In this document: one piece after another, positions 46,319 through 47,348 of the stretch
How positions within the stretch are numbered: position 1 is the stretch's first letter
How the letters are laid out: every line of letters begins with the position of its first letter
DNA from: Sphaerodactylus townsendi
Lineage: Eukaryota
Reading direction: 5' to 3'
DNA length: 47,348 bases
Assembly: GCF_021028975.2 (NCBI RefSeq)
Contig: NC_059439.1
Coordinates: forward strand, 22,398,653-22,446,000
Position numbers and translations under genes: made by a program
The notes under the pieces: generated by a model
The model's input: the letters and a program-made list of their open reading frames with translations, nothing else
Databases searched by the model: none
Told to the model about the DNA's origin: nothing

Positions 46319-46854
46319 GAATTTTGTGAAACACTTTGGAAGCTGCTGTCAGACATAGAAGGGTTTTGATTTCCCTTCTGCTCAGCAAACTTCTATGAAT
46401 GTTGCATTTGTAATATTGAATGTTGGGACTTTCACAAAGAACTTGCTCAGTTCCAATATGTAACTGTAGTGATGAGGAGGGAGACTTCAGAAACACGCTT
46501 CTCACCTTTGTTGCCATTGAGGTTTTCCTTTTTTCAAAGGCTTCTTGTCCTAGCAAAGATAAGTCATAGGTCCAATCTAGCACTAGTTATCTCACCTTCC
46601 TAGCACATTCAAAAAAGTTAGTCCATATTTCCCTTGGCTTGCTTTTTTGCAGTCCACCAAGATAGAACTAAACAAAACCAAGTCCATGTATTGAGAAAAG
46701 TTCATGTGCAATTTTACAAGAAAATAAAATAGGAAATTATATGTTGATCTGAACCTGTTATTTTTCATGCAGGTCAAATCCTACCTGGTATTGAGAGGTT
46801 CTAGGTGGACCTGCTAAAATATGTAATCTATTTTCCATTTTCATGCCATGGCTA

Positions 46855-46990
46855 AGATTACAGGCTAGGAACTTGAACGCCTGGGTATAAATCCCTAATG
46901 TGCCATCAAAAACACTATATGATCTTTGGACAATCACTTTTTTCAGCTTAACCTACCTTGTATGGTTGTTGAGCGGATAAAATGGAGAAG
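46855..46990 (+). mobile_element. tRNA-derived CORE-type SINE, degenerate
   Basis: Paralogous to 23240-23430. Confidence 0.5.
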
Positions 46991-47348
46991 GGGCAAACAC
47001 ACACACACACATACACAGAGTCCTCCGTCAAATCCCAAGAACAGAAATCATAGAAATTTACAGGAAGTAAAGATGCACCACAATTTCTAGTGTTAGCCTC
47101 ATGTTGTCTCTCACAGATAATTCTGACTTTCACTGTCAACACAAAAAAGGGCATCCTTTGTTAATGAATCTTATTGGTAGAAGTTACTCTTGTGTGAAAA
47201 AGGAGAGGTGAATGTATACAAAAGACACATGCTGCCTCATGACGAAATGTGTTTCAAGTTCGTGGGTCCCTGGGATTCTGAAACACAATGACCTCTCTCA
47301 AAACAAACAAATGTGGTGGGAATTTGGCATGGAGACACATATATCTGG

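Overview
Vertebrate genomic DNA, inferred to be a squamate reptile (probably a gecko) from its repeat content: CR1, L2 and RTE-X-like LINEs, 5S-derived and CORE SINEs, and hAT and Harbinger-type MITEs. The window is a tandem cluster of class II olfactory receptor genes (OR14-like), all on the + strand. It holds 6 complete ORFs, 1 5'-incomplete gene at the low-quality poly-G window edge, 1 rearranged pseudogene and 4 copies of one 5'-only OR relic. There are 3 assembly gaps. The cluster grew by local duplication of gene-plus-flank units, so paralogous empty sites let many insertions and rearrangements be mapped to the base. I see no support for a wholly new biological system. The most notable observations are: (1) a chimeric OR (39969-40922) at the junction of a ~5.3 kb tandem duplication; (2) a Ngaro-type tyrosine-recombinase + SGNH-hydrolase retroelement relic, plus TSD-less elements that look like Ngaro split direct repeats and coincide with deletions; (3) unannotated but conserved 5'-UTR splice architecture, hit twice by TEs at acceptor sites; (4) a deletion-inversion-deletion pseudogene and a 45-bp templated OR insertion. 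Family assignments come from remembered motifs, not database searches.
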